A DNA stretch of 64,000 nt from a virus. Taxonomy: Duplodnaviria > Caudoviricetes. The position numbers and the translations under genes are program-made. Below are positions 10,392-21,211 of this stretch, piece by piece. The notes beneath the pieces are model-generated. The model did not search any database, was not told the DNA's origin, and saw only the letters and a list, made by a program, of their open reading frames with translations. Every line of letters begins with the position of its first letter. Within the stretch, counting starts at the first letter, position 1. The stretch spans positions 1 through 64,000 of IMG/VR virus record IMGVR_UViG_3300026270_000004. One strand, 5' to 3'.

Positions 10392-13300
10392 CTATGTAGC
10401 TAACGCTATAGCACGTAGATCTGCGATTAAAGGAACTCGTGCCTGATTTCTAGATCGCATAACGATCTTAATCTGGAAAGCATTAAAACTTAACCCACGG
10501 ACTTCATAAGGATAGTCCTTCCAAAGATATTCATCTGTTGGAGTGGTATCATAATCAACAGCATTGGCACTTTGTAATGGATCGCCAACATAAGTCCAAC
10601 CGATAGTAGCAGGATCTGTGTTGTCTCCAGTCTTAAATGCCTTATAGTATAATCTAATCTCTGTAGAAGGATGTCTAGTAGTCTGGAAATCTATCTTCAG
10701 AGATCTAGCCTCAGAACCGAGGCGAGCGAGACGTGTGATATACACAGCATCATTCTGATCACCTTGAGGTAATGTAGATACGTCTTGTGTTGTATCTATA
10801 TTATTTTGCTGACCGTATGGTTCAGGACCGCCAGGCCAGTAGTTGATTCTATTTGAGGTAGTAATCAATGAGAGTCTATCTAAGTCTACACAAGGAGATA
10901 GAGTCTCTCTTTCTGTTGTTAGGGTAAGTGCCATATTAAATGACTTGTTACCATCTAACTTGTTTTGCTCATTTATCTTAGAGCAAACCATTTGAGGTTG
11001 CTCGAATTGATTGAGTTGATTCAATACAACATCAAGATATTGACCACTGTTAATGAATGAGTTTTGGTCAACAACAGTTGATCCATTACCGATTGATGTA
11101 GCAGTAGTAGTATTAACACGAGCAGTAATACCTGTCTCTGGTAATACCATCGTTGAGACAGTAGGTGTTAGAGATTCAAACTGGACGTTCTGAGATGCCC
11201 AGACATCTGATCCTCCACCACGAATACCATTAGTTGCCACATGATCTATGTGTAACATGTAGGTATCTAACCAAGGACATGATATTGAAGTATGGACTTT
11301 ATTCAACTCAATGAGAGGAATACCGTCTAGGTTGTAACATTGAACTATAGATCCAGATCCATGCTCAACGTCAGCAGTGCTACTAGCACCACGTCCACTT
11401 GTTGCAACTGTGATAGATTTACCATCAGATGCAATGGCAGAATATTGTATAATTTCATCGTCGATCTTAAGGTATCCTGGATTCAAGTTACTGATACCAG
11501 ATCCACCAATGATTGAATGGAATTGACTTGCATCAGATAACTGAATAGTAGTAGCACCAGCAGCAAGAGAAGTTGTAAGTGTTGTATCTGGTACTTCAGA
11601 TATAATACCCATTACCTCTACGTTGTTAGTCCTTTGATGCATACCGTGGTTTCTGTGGTATACCAAGACTTCCTTATCATCCGCAGGGAATGATGGTGAA
11701 GAAGTTGGGTATGCGACATATGAGTCACCACTATATGTGGCACTACTTAATGTAGCACTTGTACCTCCAGCTTCAGATATAGTGTCACTTAAATCAAACT
11801 GCTTAGAAACATAGTTTGCATAGACTGTGATAGCAGATGCTGTGCCTCCACCAGGAAGTGTAGCACCGACAGCATAGTATGCTGTAACTGTAGCATTTGC
11901 TGAAGAAGTTGATCCACTAATTGCATCACCTTCTTGGAAAACACCATTGTATATTGCTGATAATTCAAAGACTACAACTGACTGAGATGATCTTAATCCT
12001 TGGAATGGATCGTTGTTAGCATCTAAGAAACCTGCTGCAAACGTACCATCTATATCCGTGATTGTAATCTTCTCAGGATCTGATACTCCATCAAACTCTT
12101 TAATAGTTGCAGATGCACCAGATGGTTGCTGAACTATTCTCGCACCAATAGTGAAGTTATAGTTAACACCACTCGGTAAAGATAGTTGTTGTGTAGGTTT
12201 CAGTGTCAGTATTGGATTCTCTATGAGATTCTTAGTACCACCATTACCACGTCCTAACTCAGCATTGTTAAGCATTGCAGTACCCTGCATGCTAGTGAAG
12301 TTAGCACGATAGACAGTAAACTTCATGTCCTCATACTGGTCTGCTGTCCATGTAGATGCGTTTTGTGATTTGAATAACACACCTGCATAGGGTTGCTCAG
12401 ATATAGTCCTTGTTCCTGTGACATCTATATCACCCATTCGTGATATCCATACTGTATACTCGTTAGAGTCAGACAGTAACACGAAACAGTATTCAATAGA
12501 TTGCTTAATGTATACAGGAGATCTAAATGTAAATCTTGATGGGATAGCAGCGTTGTCAGATAATTCAACTTGTGCTGGGTTGATGGTTACATCAGAGAAT
12601 GGAAGAATATCCTTAGTAGGATAACCATTTTCCATTGTCCTTATCTGCATAGAGATAGGGATGTTAGCATCCTTAGTCTTGAAGAAGATATCAACACCAG
12701 TTAAGAATACACCACCTTCCTCATCACATATGAATGATTGAGCAAGAGGGTCATACCAACCAATCTGTCTAGTCTCAGTCCTTGTTGTAGTAACTGTCCT
12801 AGTATCAGAAACTGTGTCTCTAACTAACTCAGCATTTCTTACAGCAAGAATAGTTTCTCTAACTGTCTTCAATTGACCTGCTGCTGTGTAAGTAGTTTCA
12901 GCAGATGAATCTACACTACTTCCACCCTTAGCATTGGTACTTGATGTAGTAAATCTAAATGTCCTAGTACCAGTTGCCCAACGTGGGTTGGAATCATTAC
13001 CTGGGTTAGGAATAAAGAATGTTCCTTTTAGACTACCAACGTTATCAGTTAATAGACGACGATCTTTAACAACTGCACGTGCACCAGAAGTCTGGCCAAT
13101 TAACACCTCACCGACGTTAATATTACCGTAGAAGTTAGGGTTAACACTCTCTGATAGAGAAGCAGTATCAACGTTAATGAATGGAGTTTGAGATGCGTAA
13201 GACTCTGCTAAAGCAGTAGTTCCAGTAGCATATGGGTCGGTTGTATACCCCTCATTAGCAGGAGCAACCTTCAAACGACATCCTGAAATCTGTCCTACAA

Positions 13301-16300
13301 CTGTCTCTCCAACAACGAAAGGTGTCTCGTTAGTGTTAGGATCAGCAGTAGATGACTTAACTATCTCAATAACTTTAGGTACGATGTAAGTAGATACATT
13401 CACACCATCGAAGAAAGCATAGACTCTTGTGCGAGGCTTCATTCTCTCAACGTTGAATGCAACGTTACGAGATCTAATCCAAGGAATCGCTGTCTCAGAT
13501 AAGGTAAAGTCACCTAAAGATTTTCTATCAATCTTGGGTACAACTTTAGTCCTGATACCTTGTCTTGCTTGGTTGTTAACAACCCTCCAAGTTCTTCTTT
13601 CGTGGACAAACAGTGCCTGTCTTCCTTGACCGTGACCCAATCTACCGAGTCTACGACCACCTGCACTGAATGATCCTGATCTATTTCTAAACTGTGATGT
13701 TGAAATTAGTGATTCACCTGTCCAGTTAGTCTTCCATGATCCCCACTGAATAGGAGCAAATCCATCTCCATCAACCTGCATATCTCTTGATACAGCAGAG
13801 AAGTCTCCTTCTACATTCTCCACCCTAGCTGGCATACGCTTAGTATCCACCCAGTCATCAGATGCAGGAGTTAAGTCAACACGTCCAATGAATGTGAAAA
13901 CGTTGAATGGGTTTACATTCTCTGTCCTAGAAGCATATGGTTGTGTAATGATTGCATGGTCTTCCCAAGGTAGGAGTGCCATGTTACCAGGAGTCTTAAC
14001 AATATTGCTAGAAGCAGAAGTGTTTAACTGAAGAGGTACGTTAGTTGTGAAGTGAGATGGTCTTAGATGACCTTCCTTAAAGTCAAGAGAGCACTTGTAG
14101 TCAACGTTAAGTACGTCACCAACATTATGATCAGTGAAGTCATCAACAACGTAACCATTCTTAAGTCTGTCAAATCCGTTGTCATCATATGTCTTAGTGT
14201 TTTCTGCTTGGACTTCAAGTAGAGATAGAGAAGTATAGTATTCTACATGCTCTAGTCTTGTCTCAAGATCACCAATATCTTTCATCGTATAACGACGAAT
14301 GATCTCAGGGTTAATAATGATATCTCTTTCTACATCATAAACATATGGACGGTACTCGAGTTGTGCTAATAACATAGCATTATCGATCTCGTCAGGTGGT
14401 GGAAGATCCTCAGATGATACACCGTTGGTTATCTTAAGTTGATTATCATGTGTTAGATATAACTTATCTGCACGTGGGAGATAGTATGAATAGTCCATAC
14501 GAATCTCTGTATTAACCTTCGGTATATCGAAGATAGTAGATCCACCTGCACCACCAGAGGTATCAAATGTCCTTGCAGCAAAGTCTAATGAAGCACATTC
14601 TACTAAGAATGGGTTAGATACTGTACCATCTCTAGATGCTAACTCACCTACACCTGGACGGAAATCAACTTGGTCTCTTATAAAGTTAATAGATCCATCT
14701 AGTTTATAAGTTGGAATCTCTGAATAGTTGATACCAGTATATGACTGAGATGAGAAGTAATCTCCAGATGATTCATGTACGAAGTAGTCAAATATAATTA
14801 ATAGTTTTCTAATTGGAGGTGTATACTGTGGGTATCTTGTGATCTTAGATACGTCATAGAAGTGTGCTTTCTGCCCTGCTTCTAATGTATACTGAGTGGT
14901 TACAACCTTACTACCTCTAGTTACAGATCCATCTGCGTCATCGATGATAGCAGATAATGGGTTACCATCGTCATCTTGGCCATCAATAGTCTCACCAGCA
15001 GCAAATGGAATCTCATTCAACTGCACAACATACAATCTCAATGTTGAGTTGATGAATTGAATTACCCTACCACGTGCTCCAGAAGTCTTACCAATAACAA
15101 CAGATCCGTTATCAAAGAAGGTAGATTCTGTTAGTACTAGGTATGGTGGAGTGGCATCACTATCATTCTCAGACTCATATACAGCATGTATATTGTATAC
15201 ATCATTCAATGCGAATGAGATCTCTTCATCCTCAATACGTGTGCCATACAAGTTACCATAGGCAAGACCGTATTTTGGTTGGTCATTATTAATTCTTGTG
15301 CGAAGGACATTAAGACATCTCATCTTAGCAGCAGTCTTAATCTTCTTCGATACAATATTCTTAGATATCAATGCTGTTAACTTAACTGTGTTAACATTTG
15401 CTAGACCATCAATAGTAACTGACTGTCTGTCAGCACCAAAGGTAACTGTTAATGTACCTGCTTCATTGAGTGCATCAATGTTAAGGTTATCACCAACACC
15501 CCATGCAGATCCTGATTCAGCAATGATAGTTAAGATATAGTTTTCATCATCTAGTGTTGCAAACTGCTCTGATTCAGGTAGTGAAACAGTAACACCACCA
15601 GAAACAACAGTCTTATTATTAAATGTCCTGTATACAAAGAATGATTCGTCAGCGATTGACTTCATAGATGTCCTAGGACAGTCAATTGATAATTCACCAT
15701 TCTGATAATCCTTCTGGAAGATGAAAGGACGCATTCTAGCCAGTGTGTTTACCTCACCGTCGGCATTTCCACTACCCTTCTTAAGTCCTGTCTCTACTAG
15801 TGCATGCTGTGTAAGGTAGTCAAAGATATACGACGACTGACCTGATGCAGCATTTTGTGCTGTAGTATTAATAGCAGTAGGATCTACTCTCATAATTCTA
15901 AGAGTATTCTCACCTTCGTCTGAAGTATTAGTTGATGTTACTACTTCACCTGGACGTAGGTCTTCTGCAAACTTAGTTCTAAATCCTTCTAATCTACCGT
16001 TAGTAGTGCTGTCAATAGTAACAGTTGCACCTTCAATGACTCTTACATCATTGAGCATCCAGTTACAACCAAATACTACAGTACCTGATCCAGCAGAGTT
16101 TTGTCTACCAAGACACTTTCTAGTATCAGTTAGGTTATATGTGTGTGCTGCCTCTAGTGTACCAACAACTCGGCCATCACGCTCGATAACCTCGCCATTT
16201 ATGAAGGCACCTGAGACTTGCTCAAGCATACAGTCTACTGAACCTGGTGAAGATCCTTCATCACCAACGTAACCTCTTGCTCTAGAAGTCCTTCCTACTA

Positions 16301-17756
16301 ACACATCACCAACTGCTACAGAGTTATTACCTGCTGCAAAGTTGATGGCAGTAAACATAGTGGGATCCATTATCCATAGTTCCCATACTCCTGTTACAGA
16401 AGATTCCTGAAGTTGGACAGTACGTGCTCTACCAATCTTTCTACCAGTAACAGTATTAGTGGTATTTAAAGTCCAGTCATCGTACAACTCAAGTGTTTGA
16501 TATGCTTGTGATACACCTTCACCAGTCAGCTCGGGCCATCCATATACATCGTAGACTTTTACCATCTGTCCTAGACGGAATGCTAAGATGGCGTTATTTA
16601 CTGATGCAAAGTCTCTTGGTTTAGGAGCATCCACATACTGTGGTACTAAAAACTCAGTCCTATAACCCTTAACATATGCTCTACCTGGGCTAATCTCGTA
16701 GGTTACTAGATCATCTGATGCTAGGTTACCTGACTGTGTTGTGTCTCCTACTCTATAAACACCATTATTAAATCCGTCATCAAGAGTCTCTCTTGCTTTA
16801 ACGGTAAAGGTGTCAATTACATAGTCTCCACTCTCTTCAAAGGTTCTTCTTGCAAGAGATCTTTCAAGTTCTGAATATGCTGTGTGAGTAACAAATTGCT
16901 CAACCTTTGAGTTGTTAATACGCAGTAATTCAATGAAGTTTTTATCTGTCTCGTCTGCGATTGGTTTCTTAGTGAGAGAAGTTTTAATTCTAAATCTGTG
17001 ACCACCTGGAGCAGAATAGTTTGATGTGCCAGCTGCGTTGTCATTAAGAGACGGATCGTCTTCTGGCGTAACAATTGACTCTGATACTTCCAATCCAACT
17101 CTATATGAGGGGTTGTTAGAATACTGGTCAAGTATGAGATATGATGATGGAACATCTACAAAGTGTCCTCTGATGAAGTATACACCTGCATTAATATATG
17201 CAGTAGAAGCAACTGCTGTTGCGTTTGTTGGAAGTAACTGAGCAAATGGAGATCCAACCTCAATCAATGTTGTACCGAAGGTGATTTCATTTTCGGCCAA
17301 TAACTGCTCGTTGGGTTGAAAAGTCTTGATACCAGTGCCACTTACAGTATCACCTGATTCAACATACTTAACGTACAGTGTAATATACCCTCTACTACTC
17401 TCAGTAGATGGGATTGAATATAGTACTTTTGCTTTAATACCTGTTGTAATACCCTCGATAATTTGTCCATTTATCTGGGTACGATATGTCTCAACGTCTA
17501 CTCCTAAGAAAGACTGTTGGACGACGACTGCTTGAACCTGTAGGTCATAACCAACCTGACCAGGTATGACCATAGCACCTTCTCTAAAGAAGTGCTGACC
17601 AATCGACTCCATTTGATTCTGGAGAATCGACTGCATAGTCGTGAGTTCTCTTGCCTGAATGGGATATCCTGGTCTGAAAAGGACTCTGTAAAAGTTTTTA
17701 TCCTTATCGAAATCGTCAAAATAAGGACTAATATTTAGATTAGTATTCTGTGGCAT
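10392..17756 (-). CDS. Large virion structural protein, VrlC-like / DUF4815 family (2454 aa)
   Basis: N-terminus NLNISPYFDDFD..KNFYRVLFRPG.PIQARELT..QSILQ.Q, plus DPLAQSF, DRLKNG.VVDDF and LFKSQNASTWT motifs characteristic of this cyanophage family. Confidence 0.85.
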   Translation of the reverse strand: MPQNTNLNISPYFDDFDKDKNFYRVLFRPGYPIQARELTTMQSILQNQMESIGQHFFREGAMVIPGQVGYDLQVQAVVVQQSFLGVDVETYRTQINGQIIEGITTGIKAKVLYSIPSTESSRGYITLYVKYVESGDTVSGTGIKTFQPNEQLLAENEITFGTTLIEVGSPFAQLLPTNATAVASTAYINAGVYFIRGHFVDVPSSYLILDQYSNNPSYRVGLEVSESIVTPEDDPSLNDNAAGTSNYSAPGGHRFRIKTSLTKKPIADETDKNFIELLRINNSKVEQFVTHTAYSELERSLARRTFEESGDYVIDTFTVKARETLDDGFNNGVYRVGDTTQSGNLASDDLVTYEISPGRAYVKGYRTEFLVPQYVDAPKPRDFASVNNAILAFRLGQMVKVYDVYGWPELTGEGVSQAYQTLELYDDWTLNTTNTVTGRKIGRARTVQLQESSVTGVWELWIMDPTMFTAINFAAGNNSVAVGDVLVGRTSRARGYVGDEGSSPGSVDCMLEQVSGAFINGEVIERDGRVVGTLEAAHTYNLTDTRKCLGRQNSAGSGTVVFGCNWMLNDVRVIEGATVTIDSTTNGRLEGFRTKFAEDLRPGEVVTSTNTSDEGENTLRIMRVDPTAINTTAQNAASGQSSYIFDYLTQHALVETGLKKGSGNADGEVNTLARMRPFIFQKDYQNGELSIDCPRTSMKSIADESFFVYRTFNNKTVVSGGVTVSLPESEQFATLDDENYILTIIAESGSAWGVGDNLNIDALNEAGTLTVTFGADRQSVTIDGLANVNTVKLTALISKNIVSKKIKTAAKMRCLNVLRTRINNDQPKYGLAYGNLYGTRIEDEEISFALNDVYNIHAVYESENDSDATPPYLVLTESTFFDNGSVVIGKTSGARGRVIQFINSTLRLYVVQLNEIPFAAGETIDGQDDDGNPLSAIIDDADGSVTRGSKVVTTQYTLEAGQKAHFYDVSKITRYPQYTPPIRKLLIIFDYFVHESSGDYFSSQSYTGINYSEIPTYKLDGSINFIRDQVDFRPGVGELASRDGTVSNPFLVECASLDFAARTFDTSGGAGGSTIFDIPKVNTEIRMDYSYYLPRADKLYLTHDNQLKITNGVSSEDLPPPDEIDNAMLLAQLEYRPYVYDVERDIIINPEIIRRYTMKDIGDLETRLEHVEYYTSLSLLEVQAENTKTYDDNGFDRLKNGYVVDDFTDHNVGDVLNVDYKCSLDFKEGHLRPSHFTTNVPLQLNTSASSNIVKTPGNMALLPWEDHAIITQPYASRTENVNPFNVFTFIGRVDLTPASDDWVDTKRMPARVENVEGDFSAVSRDMQVDGDGFAPIQWGSWKTNWTGESLISTSQFRNRSGSFSAGGRRLGRLGHGQGRQALFVHERRTWRVVNNQARQGIRTKVVPKIDRKSLGDFTLSETAIPWIRSRNVAFNVERMKPRTRVYAFFDGVNVSTYIVPKVIEIVKSSTADPNTNETPFVVGETVVGQISGCRLKVAPANEGYTTDPYATGTTALAESYASQTPFINVDTASLSESVNPNFYGNINVGEVLIGQTSGARAVVKDRRLLTDNVGSLKGTFFIPNPGNDSNPRWATGTRTFRFTTSSTNAKGGSSVDSSAETTYTAAGQLKTVRETILAVRNAELVRDTVSDTRTVTTTRTETRQIGWYDPLAQSFICDEEGGVFLTGVDIFFKTKDANIPISMQIRTMENGYPTKDILPFSDVTINPAQVELSDNAAIPSRFTFRSPVYIKQSIEYCFVLLSDSNEYTVWISRMGDIDVTGTRTISEQPYAGVLFKSQNASTWTADQYEDMKFTVYRANFTSMQGTAMLNNAELGRGNGGTKNLIENPILTLKPTQQLSLPSGVNYNFTIGARIVQQPSGASATIKEFDGVSDPEKITITDIDGTFAAGFLDANNDPFQGLRSSQSVVVFELSAIYNGVFQEGDAISGSTSSANATVTAYYAVGATLPGGGTASAITVYANYVSKQFDLSDTISEAGGTSATLSSATYSGDSYVAYPTSSPSFPADDKEVLVYHRNHGMHQRTNNVEVMGIISEVPDTTLTTSLAAGATTIQLSDASQFHSIIGGSGISNLNPGYLKIDDEIIQYSAIASDGKSITVATSGRGASSTADVEHGSGSIVQCYNLDGIPLIELNKVHTSISCPWLDTYMLHIDHVATNGIRGGGSDVWASQNVQFESLTPTVSTMVLPETGITARVNTTTATSIGNGSTVVDQNSFINSGQYLDVVLNQLNQFEQPQMVCSKINEQNKLDGNKSFNMALTLTTERETLSPCVDLDRLSLITTSNRINYWPGGPEPYGQQNNIDTTQDVSTLPQGDQNDAVYITRLARLGSEARSLKIDFQTTRHPSTEIRLYYKAFKTGDNTDPATIGWTYVGDPLQSANAVDYDTTPTDEYLWKDYPYEVRGLSFNAFQIKIVMRSRNQARVPLIADLRAIALAT

Positions 17757-17760
17757 TGAA

Positions 17761-19296
17761 TTAGAACTCGATTACGATTTTGATATCCTCTATCTGGTCA
17801 CCAGCACGAGTGATTGCTCCCCTGTTATCTATGTAGATAACGTCACCTGAGTTAGGATCTACTTCTGCTTTTGCATAACCATTGGTGAAAGCCATACCTA
17901 GATCATATTCTGCGTTGTTTATAACCCTCGTAGAGGATCCTGAAACAATCGGGAAGTTGATGTCTGGGTCAGCAGATGCACCAGAGGTTGCACCTACGAT
18001 GGGGTTACCACCTTCAAACTCGATTAGGTTACCAGTAAATTCAGGGAAGATACCGTCAACTCTATTCTGATAATATTTAAGTACCTTAGTGGTACTGTTC
18101 CATGATATAACACGTCCTCTTGCTGTTACCTGCTGTCCACCAACAGTACGAGATTGTGTGATAATCTCATCTGTCTGGAAGTTACCAGTAAACGTAGGTG
18201 CGAAGATAGACGCTTTTGTTGCACTCAATGTTAAATCTGAGGTTAACTCTTGAGTACCAAACTTGTTAGGATTAATTACCAAACCAATACGACGGTAGTC
18301 GTTATCAGTTGGGAAGTCACCAGATCCTTCATCATAGGTGAACTTTGTGTTGATCATCACACGGAAACCACCCAACTCAGTTGCTGGTGATGCACCATGT
18401 CCCATCGATGGAGGTATTACAACTTCAACGCTACCACCAGTACCTGTTCCAGCACCAATACCGTTGACTTCATCGATGATTACTTTACCAAAGGTGTATC
18501 CAGATCCACCAGATGTCACAGTAGCAGAAGCAATTCTACCACCATCAACAACAAGTGATACCCTACCACCTACACCGTCTCCTTTAATGGGGACGTTTTC
18601 GTATGTACCGTTGTTGTAACCACTACCAGATGATCCAATGATAATAGTATCAATCTCTCCACCAATAGCATCTGCCACAACAGCAGTATCTTCAAGCACA
18701 GGCATGTACTCGTTGGAGAAGAATTTTAGGACTTGACCAACAGGGATCGTGTACATATACTTCCAACGGTAGCCATCAGCAGTCGTGATAATAGATGTTG
18801 ATGTCCCTGTGGGCTCAACAGTAGAAGGTTTACCGTTAGGATCAGAAGGAGATGTCCCGTTGTAAATGCATTTATAAGTCTGATACGACGAGTTAACAAC
18901 GTAGAAATCTGCGTCGTAAAGTTTAGTCGCACCCGATGATGCAGTTTTAGTCGAGGAGTAATCATGGCGATACATATCATAAACATAACCCAATCCACCA
19001 GTGGTTTGCTCTGGGGGAATCCAGTCGGTACGCCTGATAACCTGAACGGTGTCATTTGCTAACACTCTCTTCAGGGAGATCATGTCCGAATAGTCATCCG
19101 CAAATTCTTGGAATGAATCTACTGGGTCTGGAGGTGCATTCTCATTATCCCAAGGTTGGGGTCTGCCTATGAACACATAAAGACGATCTCTAGCACTACC
19201 TGCCAACAGGTCAGACTGCGTAGGATCTGGTCCTTCAAGTGCTTTCCTAAACCTTTCGGCAGTAAAGATTCTAAATTGGTCGGTAAGTAACGCCAT
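17761..19296 (-). CDS. gp8: Baseplate wedge subunit gp8
   Basis: LYVFIGRPQPW, YDMYRHDYS, FYVVNSSYQTYKC, DGYRWKYMYTIP and C-terminal SGDVIYIDNR..ITR..DQ.EDIKIVIEF. Confidence 0.93.
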   Translation of the reverse strand: MALLTDQFRIFTAERFRKALEGPDPTQSDLLAGSARDRLYVFIGRPQPWDNENAPPDPVDSFQEFADDYSDMISLKRVLANDTVQVIRRTDWIPPEQTTGGLGYVYDMYRHDYSSTKTASSGATKLYDADFYVVNSSYQTYKCIYNGTSPSDPNGKPSTVEPTGTSTSIITTADGYRWKYMYTIPVGQVLKFFSNEYMPVLEDTAVVADAIGGEIDTIIIGSSGSGYNNGTYENVPIKGDGVGGRVSLVVDGGRIASATVTSGGSGYTFGKVIIDEVNGIGAGTGTGGSVEVVIPPSMGHGASPATELGGFRVMINTKFTYDEGSGDFPTDNDYRRIGLVINPNKFGTQELTSDLTLSATKASIFAPTFTGNFQTDEIITQSRTVGGQQVTARGRVISWNSTTKVLKYYQNRVDGIFPEFTGNLIEFEGGNPIVGATSGASADPDINFPIVSGSSTRVINNAEYDLGMAFTNGYAKAEVDPNSGDVIYIDNRGAITRAGDQIEDIKIVIEF

Positions 19297-19317
19297 TGTT
19301 AACGATTGCCTTCTTTT

Positions 19318-19324
19318 TATTTAT
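19318..19324 (-). promoter_or_regulatory. Late promoter ATAAATA upstream of gp8
   Basis: tatttat on the + strand in the intergenic gap, about 22 nt upstream of the ATG. Confidence 0.65.
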
Positions 19325-19329
19325 GTGGG

Positions 19330-21210
19330 TTATTCATCCTCATTTCGCACGGCTGATGTATATTCAACTGAATATATCTTAGCAGTCGCACCAGAGGTGT
19401 TTCCTTGTAATGTTTCACCCACAGTCCAAAGGTAAGTTGTACCGTTTGGAGAAACAAGATCTTTGATGGTTAATGTGTGCAAGTCTTCATTGGTACCTAT
19501 CACAGGACCTGCGGTGATACCAGTAGAATGAGCAGTCATACCTGAAGTCTGACCTTGCACTTGCTCGGATGATGTGAATGTATTACTATTAATATATTCA
19601 ACAATTAGAGTTGCAGTAGATGTATGAGTATCTCCATCACCTAAAGCACCAGCAGACTGAATAGTTGCAACTAGAGACTGTGGATTACCATCATATATCT
19701 GATCACCTGCTTGGAATAGAGTAGTATTCTGTCCACCAAGTGTCTCCTCTATACCATATTTAGACGAGGCAATGCCACCATCTAAACATATTTGGTTTTC
19801 AAACTCAGTACCAGTATTAACCAAGTCGATAATTCCATCACCAACACCATCTAATTCATCATCATCTTCAAACTTTCTGTTAAGAATAAGACTAAGAGGA
19901 GTAGTGAATGCAACGATATCATTACCTTCAAACTCTATTAATGTATGAGGTGCGATACCAGTACCTGATGCTCCAGCAGTACCAGCAACAAATGCTATAA
20001 TCTTAGACTTCTCATTAGATCTACCACCATCAATAAACGCTAGTTCATCAACCTCAAAGGTTAAGTATAGTGCTCTTTCAGCAGGATCCCAGTCATATAC
20101 TATAGCAACTCGGTTATTAGATGATTCAATAACCCTTCTAACCTTGTCAGTTACTTGGAAACTATATGCAGTTAGTCCTGTATTTGGATCATCCTGTAGG
20201 TTATCTAAGATAACTTTCTGGTCAAAACGGAAGTTAACACCTCTATCAACACCAGTAAATGAATCATAATCATCACCAAGTGATATAGCAGTTTTACCTG
20301 TATACCTTACAATCTCTCTACCTATCAATAACTTACCTGAACCTGGATAAGGATCAGTAGTCTGCACATTTATAGTACCTGTGCTAGATGAAACATTGGA
20401 TGTTAGTCCAGTTATATCATATACAGTAGAGTTTAGAGACTGCCTATTTCTTGCTTCTCTAATAAGGTTAGTATCTCTAGTAAAGATAATCTCTGGAGGA
20501 GTGGTATATCCACCTCCACCTGTCAATAGATCTATACTGGTAATCTTACCAAGATTAATGAATGCTTCAGCAGTAGCACCAGATCCACCACCTTTAATAA
20601 TCTGTATAAGAGGAGGTGTCTCAAAGAATTCACCTTGATTGGTTAGAGTAATCTTTGAAACTTCACCAAACTGGTTAACATTAGCAACACCAGTAGCACC
20701 TTGGCCACCACCACCGCTAATGATGATATTTACGTCTTCCTCTGTATAGTTTCTACCTTGCTCTTGAATAGCAAGAGAAGTAATCAAACCTGTTACTGGA
20801 ACTAACTCAGATCCAGATCCACCACCTCCAAGTACTTGAGCAGTGGCATCAAAATAGGTATCACCAGGTGTGGTCATCTGGATGAAATCTATACCACCAT
20901 CATCTTTAAGGAAGATCTTACCAGCAGCAGATCCATCAGAACCATCATCTTCTATCTTAAGACGTAATGGGTCATATCCTTCACCTGGATCTAATACTTC
21001 TACAGCAGTCAATTCACCTAACTCACCTTCAATGACTGCTCTTAATACTGCGTCTCTTATAGGAGTACCACAATTCTCAACCCTTAGTCTTGGTGGATCA
21101 TTAGGATCATATCCACTTCCCTTCGCTTGCACATAAACATCCCTTACCCCAAATATACTATTGAATATTGGGATAATTTGAGCACCGCTACCTGGGACTG
21201 TTCTTGACAT
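19330..21210 (-). CDS. Virion structural protein with G.GY..P beta repeats (626 aa)
   Basis: GSGY/GEGY/GGGGSGA repeats, an IGREIVRY...FTGVDRG module and GETLQG.TSGATA repeats shared with gp7 and the VrlC-like protein. Confidence 0.75.
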   Translation of the reverse strand: MSRTVPGSGAQIIPIFNSIFGVRDVYVQAKGSGYDPNDPPRLRVENCGTPIRDAVLRAVIEGELGELTAVEVLDPGEGYDPLRLKIEDDGSDGSAAGKIFLKDDGGIDFIQMTTPGDTYFDATAQVLGGGGSGSELVPVTGLITSLAIQEQGRNYTEEDVNIIISGGGGQGATGVANVNQFGEVSKITLTNQGEFFETPPLIQIIKGGGSGATAEAFINLGKITSIDLLTGGGGYTTPPEIIFTRDTNLIREARNRQSLNSTVYDITGLTSNVSSSTGTINVQTTDPYPGSGKLLIGREIVRYTGKTAISLGDDYDSFTGVDRGVNFRFDQKVILDNLQDDPNTGLTAYSFQVTDKVRRVIESSNNRVAIVYDWDPAERALYLTFEVDELAFIDGGRSNEKSKIIAFVAGTAGASGTGIAPHTLIEFEGNDIVAFTTPLSLILNRKFEDDDELDGVGDGIIDLVNTGTEFENQICLDGGIASSKYGIEETLGGQNTTLFQAGDQIYDGNPQSLVATIQSAGALGDGDTHTSTATLIVEYINSNTFTSSEQVQGQTSGMTAHSTGITAGPVIGTNEDLHTLTIKDLVSPNGTTYLWTVGETLQGNTSGATAKIYSVEYTSAVRNEDE

Positions 21211-21211
21211 A

